Below are positions 62,997 through 64,000 of a stretch of 64,000 nucleotides of DNA, one piece after another (the stretch's first letter is position 1; each line of letters opens with the position of its first letter). The notes under the pieces are model-generated. The model made no database searches and was not told where the DNA came from. It saw only the letters and a program-made list of their open reading frames with translations. This DNA comes from Verrucomicrobiia bacterium (GTDB lineage: Bacteria > Verrucomicrobiota > Verrucomicrobiia > Limisphaerales > UBA11358), in contig JBAPQW010000053.1 of the NCBI GenBank assembly GCA_049280815.1, positions 49,413 to 113,412 of the forward strand. The letters run 5' to 3'. Made by a program: the position numbers and the translations under genes.

Positions 62997-64000
62997 GATG
63001 CGTCCGCTGATCCAGGAAATTGCCACGGCCCACACGCCGGAATCGCTCGTCGATGGCCTGCGTGACGAGCGGGGCATCGTTCTGCTGCGCACCTCGTCGT
63101 TCGATTCGCCACAATCGCGGTATTCGTTTGTTGCCGTGCGACCGTTTCTCACCTTTCGCTCCCGCGGTTCGCGTTGTGAAGTCACGCCTTGGGCTTCGGG
63201 CCTTGCGCCTTATGTTCAGTTCGGCAATCCTTGGCAGATTTTGAATGCGCTGCTGGCGCGCTGCGAGGTCCTGGACGAAATCGATCTGCCGTTTCCGCTG
63301 GGAGGTTGTTTCGGATGCTGGAGCTATGAACTGAAGAACTTCACCGAGCCGAAACTTTCGCGCCGCGCCATCAACGATCTGGAACTGCCCGATTGCGACG
63401 TCGGTTTTTACGACAGCCTGGTGGTTTTCGATCATCACCTCGGCCAGGTCAGGGTTGTCTCCACCGGTCTCGCGGCCGACGGCTCGCGTACGGAGAGGCG
63501 GGCCGGGGAACAAATGGAGTTTTGGCGGAACATTTTAAGTTCAGAGGGCGGAGCGCTGCAACGTCCCAAGCCATCCGAAAGGGTCGCGGACTTGCAAAGC
63601 CCGCCGGTCCAAAAGGAAGTGGGGTTCAATTTCACCCGCGCCGATTTTCTTTCCGCCGTCGAACGCGTCCAGCGTTACATCCGCGCCGGGGACATTTACC
63701 AGGTCAACCTTTCGCAACGGCTGACCGTGCCATGCGATATTTCGGGCTGGGAATTGTTTCAGCGACTGGGCTCAGTTTCACCCGCGCCGTTTTCCGCGTT
63801 CTTCGATGGGGGCGATTATCAGGTGGCGTCGTCGTCGCCGGAACTTTTTTTGCGTTTGAGTGGTTCGCACATCCAGACGCGGCCCATCAAGGGCACGCGC
63901 CCGCGCGGCGCCGACCCGACGCGCGATGCGCAGCTGGCCTATGAACTGCAGACCAGCGCCAAGGAGCTGGCCGAACTGGTGATGATCACCGACCTGCTGC
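62997..64000 (+). CDS. pabB: aminodeoxychorismate synthase component I (chorismate-binding enzyme), 3' end outside window
   Basis: Not in the ORF track (no stop before the window end). ATG at 62997. Hand translation gives ..GDIYQVNLSQRL..., SPAPFSAFF, SSSPELFLRL, IQTRPIKGTRPRG, KELAELVMITDLL, the TrpE/PabB family signature blocks. The N-terminal region is short, as in PabB. Confidence 0.85.

Noticed and set aside
62500-63513. 337-aa ORF on the minus strand
   Set aside because: It is antisense to the DUF155-like gene and to pabB, both of which have recognisable motifs on the + strand.

Overview
High-GC (~58-60%) chromosomal segment. Gene content suggests a PVC-group bacterium, most likely Verrucomicrobiota (inference): three PEP-CTERM proteins, a GloVer tandem-repeat protein, a TIGR03067 lipoprotein, a DUF3300/DUF2950 pair and a TIGR03435 fusion. 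I call about 55 protein-coding genes.

Gene blocks:
- 1-6 kb: L-rhamnose block (AraA/FucI-like isomerase, rhaA, rhaT).
- 7-11 kb: heterodimeric ABC exporter pair.
- 11-43 kb: a long run of secreted, lipoprotein or PEP-CTERM proteins (beta-propeller, beta-helix, carboxypeptidase-regulatory-like, NIDO).
- 43-64 kb: AraC-type HTH gene, two ICMT-like methyltransferases, TlpA-TIGR03435 fusion, stand-alone BLUF photoreceptor, tryptophan-halogenase-family flavoprotein, TauE permease, GDSL esterase, msrB, two inverted fatty-acid-hydroxylase-like paralogs around a 2-gene cassette, a DUF155/RMD1-like gene, and the 5' part of pabB.

I found no rRNA, tRNA, CRISPR array, transposase, integrase or phage genes.

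The most unusual content is non-genic. Intergenic space, and some coding space, is saturated with at least eight families of short palindromic or hairpin repeats. Between 31 and 50 kb there are at least seven same-strand, decayed copies of a DpnI-family (methyl-directed restriction endonuclease / Dam-replacing protein) gene. Several of these carry palindromic insertions that leave the reading frame open.

Other second-look items:
- a shared ~65-78 aa C-terminal tail ending (F/Y)(F/Y)R(L/V/I) on five otherwise unrelated secreted proteins;
- a 10-unit 21-bp tandem repeat with a GCAATATTGC core;
- a 5-copy ~100-bp element with a conserved mini reading frame;
- orphan intrinsic terminators, one with an unannotated small ORF;
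- a perfect 20-bp inverted-repeat pair between divergent small genes.

I could not identify a clear multi-gene defence or secretion system. All family assignments come from motif recognition by eye, with no searches run. Repeat boundaries are approximate (about +/-5 bp).
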